Made by a program: the position numbers and the translations under genes
Shown: in pieces, positions 59,481 to 64,000 of the stretch
How positions within the stretch are numbered: position 1 is the stretch's first letter
Layout of the letters: the number at the start of each line of letters is the position of its first letter
Assembly (NCBI RefSeq): GCF_009914755.1
Contig: NC_060947.1
Reading direction: 5' to 3' (one strand)
DNA from: the human T2T-CHM13v2.0 reference genome, Homo sapiens
Length of the DNA stretch: 64,000 bases
Notes under the pieces: model-generated
The model's input: only the letters and a program-made list of their open reading frames with translations
Database searches by the model: none
What the model was told of the DNA's origin: nothing

Positions 59481-61299
59481 CCAGTTACTACGAGTCTAAT
59501 GAAACCCCCCACAACGTTTTGATCTTTCTGGTTATACTTTCTCTCTAAACTTTTATCTACTACATAGCCATTATAGGAAAGCTTCATGCTGATTTAGTTG
59601 GACAAAAATTCTCTAAAAGTCTCTTCTGATGCTAGGTAAACACAACTTCCCGCTCCAGTTACATTTCTTTTAAAATGTTGGAAGGAAATAAACTTCTAAT
59701 AATCATTCTTTCTTTAACTTTATTTTTCCTTATAGAATCAGAACTAGAAGTGAAGTGCTAAAAATCAAGTGAAGTGCTAAAAATCTCTAGAAAAGAAAAC
59801 GGATTTAAATATCCTGAAACAAACCAGCTATATGCCTTTGAAATCAATGCATATGAAAAAATCGATTGCTAAAATATTTGTAGGCATGATAAAAGTGGAG
59901 AGTAAGAAATTATATTTTTTCCAATAATAAAATCATTTTAAAACATTTAATTTCTATGAAAACCTCCCAATGGAACTTTTAAGCAACTTTACCTGAATTT
60001 CTAGTGGTTTGATACTAAACTTCTGCTAGAAAACATTATTTATATACTACTTAAAGTTTCCAAGAAATTGTTTCTGTTTGTTTATTTTAGAAAGTGTTAT
60101 GGACTGCCATTTCTAATGGCTTGAGGCAACCTTTTTGCATTACGTTAATTCATTTCCCAAAACCAGTGTAACCTTCTGATACTAAAAGTAAACTCAAGAT
60201 AAGATGGCTTATGGAAAATTCAAGAAAGAAAAGTTGAACCAGTAATTAAAGGAGTCAGAGATATAGTGATTCCTGACTTTCTAACACACCAGGACAAACC
60301 TTCTGGCAAAATAGCTCATGAAGTCGCTGTGAAACACAACAGCAAGGCTGGCCAGCACTAGTGGCCTCTTAGTGTCCCCAATTTCTTTATTCCTGGTTTG
60401 CTTTACCCTCAGCCAGTGATAAGTAGCCCATAGCCCTCAAGTCTCAGGAATCCACTCGGCTCTGCAGGCCTGCCCACAGCCAGAAAGCTGGTGTGACTAC
60501 TCAGGATGCCCACATATGTACAAGTAGGGTGTCTTTTTCCATTGGAATTCTTCTGTTCAACAAAGTTAGCGAACTGTAAATACATACACATGCATGCATA
60601 CACACACCACGGGACTCAATAAAGCTATTTTATTTTAAATTTTTTAATTGCAGCTCACATTTTTGTATTGCCAGATCTGTCCCCTGCATAAGAGTATTAC
60701 ACACAACTGTGTTGGTTCATGCTGCATGGTTTTCATTTTGTTTTGTTGACTCCTTGAAGGGAAATCGATGAGCTCTTGCCTTCTTTCTTAGAGTCCAATG
60801 TCTTTCATTCATTCAAGTGTTTATTAAACACCTATTATTATTTATTAATTGATTTCCTTTTGTTGCAAAAGGAATTAAGAAACGAACTTCTAGTATGTGA
60901 CACATATTATGCTGTATAAAATGAAAACAAACTGAAATGAGCCATGGTCCTTAACCCTGAAGAACCTGTGGTATATTTTAAGCTCCATTGAGCAAGTGGA
61001 ACAATATCATCATGATATCAGAAGTTTGGAGTAGTTTGAATACTTGTAGAATCTGGTGTACTACATGGGCCAAAACTTCTGTCTTCCTACTTTCCAATGT
61101 GATGTCATCTAAGGTTGACACTATCATGTTTTCATTGCAATAGTCAGTCTGGAGTCTAATTTGGAAAAACAAAACAAAACACAGCAATGTTATGCAATAA
61201 TAAACCATACTGGACAATCTCTCTGCTGTCTCTTTGGATCCCCTTTTTGTACTCCCCAACATAGATTTGGGGTGCTATCACTAACAGCCAGCATCTGCA

Positions 61300-61643
61300 G
61301 ATCTTCTTCCAAGGACTGCCCTCAGACTACCGGAGCCCATCGTGTCCAAACCTGGAAACTCACATCCCCTGGGACAGCTCTAAATGAATGACTCATCAGT
61401 GCTCCTTTGGCTGAGGTCTCAGCAGCTCTGTGGTATAGCTACCACTCCATGGTCTCCTGCAGGATCAGGCTATAGCTACTCTCTGCTGGGGTTCCCTGAG
61501 GAGGCACCCTTGCTTGGCTTCCTCTTCTTTCCTGACCTGCTTCCCCCACTCCCTTACTAGCCTCCCCTGGGAGCACTTTCTTAATAAGTCCCTTGCACAC
61601 AACCCCTCATCTCAGGGTCTGCTTCTGGGGAACCCAACCTAAG
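61300..61643. mobile_element. LTR16-type ERVL LTR remnant
   Basis: Ends cttgcacacaacccctcatctcagggtctgcttctggggaacccaacctaag. Confidence 0.65.
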
Positions 61644-61685
61644 TGGCAAGGTTATGTGTAGTTTTCAGGGAATGAGTATCTATAA

Positions 61686-61934
<249 letters not shown>

Positions 61935-62870
61935 TAAAATTTTGGCATGTTTTATATCAATGTTGTGATATAAACTAACTCTGGGGCTTTGCCCTGAATT
62001 CTTTAACTTGAAATCTTTCTTTTTTGTCCCCCACCTCAAGCTCAGTGAATCGTACGATAATTCTATGATGCTCTTTTTATTTTTACGTTTGATTTTGAAA
62101 TAACATCATACTTCCAAAAAAGTTGCAAGAGTAGTCATCTATACCCTTCACCCAGATTCACCAGTTGTTAACATTTTACCACATTTACTTGCTCTTTAGT
62201 ATATACACGTTTTCTCTGCCCACACAAATACACATACAAATGTATATAATTTTTTTCTAAACCATATGAAGGTCAATTACCAAAATAATTCTGGTTTACT
62301 CCTAAATACTTCAGTGTGTGTTTTCTAATAACAAAGACATTTTCTTATACAATTATTATACAAGTAACAAAATCAGGAAAGTAAACATTGATACATTTCC
62401 ATTATCTCATCTACAGTTTATATCCATATTATGCCTATTATCCTCAAAATGTCTTTTATATATACATTTTTTCTAGAACAAGATGCACTGCAGGATCCCA
62501 TTTTGCACTTAGTTGTCATGTCTCTTTAATCTCCTTAAATCTGGAACATTCCTCAGCCCTTTTTTGCCTTTCACGACCTTGATAGTTTTGAGGAGTACTA
62601 GTCAGCTATTTTATAGAAATCTCTCAATTTGGGTTTCTCTGATGTTTTCTTATGATTAGATTGATGTCATACATTTTGGGAAGAACAACGCGAGTGACTT
62701 TGTGTCCTCAGTGTAACACATCAAGAGGCACATGATGTCAGTTTATCCCTTTAATGGCAAAATGAACTTCGACTCTTGGTTAAGGTGATGTTCTCCGAAT
62801 TCACCCAAAAGCTACTACTATTCCTTTTGTAATTAAAAAGTAATTTGTGGAGAGTCACTTTGTAACTCTT

Positions 62871-63176
<306 letters not shown>

Positions 63177-63237
63177 TGTAACTCTTATTATCTTCTTCAT
63201 CAAACTCTCACCCACTAGTTTTAGTACTGAATGATGA

Positions 63238-63509
63238 TTTTTTTCTTTTTTTGAGACGGAGTTTCGCTCTTGTTGCCTTGGCTCACCGCAACCTCTGCCT
63301 CCTAGGTTCAAAAGATTCTACTGCCTCAGCCTCCCGAGTAGCTGGGATTACAGGCATGCACCACTACTCCAGGCTAATTTTGTATTTTTAGTAGATATGG
63401 GGTTTCTCCATGTTGGTCAGGTTGGTCTCGAACTCCCACCCTCAGGTGATCTGCCCACCTCAGTCTCCCAAAGTGCTGGAATTATAGGCGTGAGCCACCG
63501 CGCCCAGCC
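63238..63509 (-). mobile_element. Alu (AluSp/Sq-type) with ~25-30-bp deletion in right arm
   Basis: gttgcc|ttggctcacc junction and ggtttctccatgttggtcagg motif. Confidence 0.92.
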
Positions 63510-64000
63510 CTAATTGATTATTCTTATCTGAATCCATTATTATAATTGTGGTTGAAAATTATGATTTTTCTAATTTCATTATTGCTTCTGCATTTATTAA
63601 TTGGTATGATGAGAGTTTTCCCTTCTCCTTTATTTACTTATTTGTTCATTCATTTGATGCTTAAATTATTCTGTAAAATTGTGATATTCATTTTACTGAA
63701 TTGTTAATTTCAACGTGGTAAAACTTGAAGAGAACAGTCTTTTCCAGACTGATATCTGATTCTGAGCTATAATTCCCCAAAGATGAAAGTTTCCAGGAAT
63801 GAGTATCTGGTGTAGTTTGTCCCAAAGGGAATTTATCCAAGTTGATATTTATGAGGTGTTCCTATATTTTACTATAACTGCTTCCTATTACTCTCACTTA
63901 AATTTCCAATATAATCACATTAAACAGTAAGAACCAACTGACCTAATCCTTAGACAGCTTAGACATCTAGCAGTAGAACTAACTACTCGAAGAGGTTGCA

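Overview
Human-like (primate) genomic DNA, AT-rich and CpG-depleted. It is entirely inside a large + strand gene that I recognise as FRMPD4 (Preso1; X-linked WW-PDZ-FERM postsynaptic scaffold). Five GT-AG coding exons (42330-42375, 50950-51054, 53570-53677, 57669-57800, 61809-61928) splice into one open frame covering the end of the PDZ domain and the start of the FERM domain. The first ~42 kb is one long intron. The rest is dense with interspersed repeats: about 18 Alu elements or fragments (most with visible TSDs), two L1PA-type elements, older L1M/L2/MIR, MaLR/ERVL LTRs and hAT MITEs. Nearly all ORFs in the supplied track are spurious or repeat-derived. I cannot demonstrate a new biological system from sequence alone. 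The best leads are: (1) a candidate internal start exon at ~41668 that would give a short FRMPD4 isoform beginning MKCGLLSC, possibly palmitoylated; (2) a 22-nt HERV-W-like micro-retrocopy with a perfect TSD; (3) a ~100-bp TA-flanked hairpin MITE; (4) a twin-primed L1 inserted into a palindromic site; (5) an Alu geometry that could circularise four stop-free phase-0 exons. Repeat subfamily names and old-repeat boundaries come from recalled consensus sequences and are approximate.
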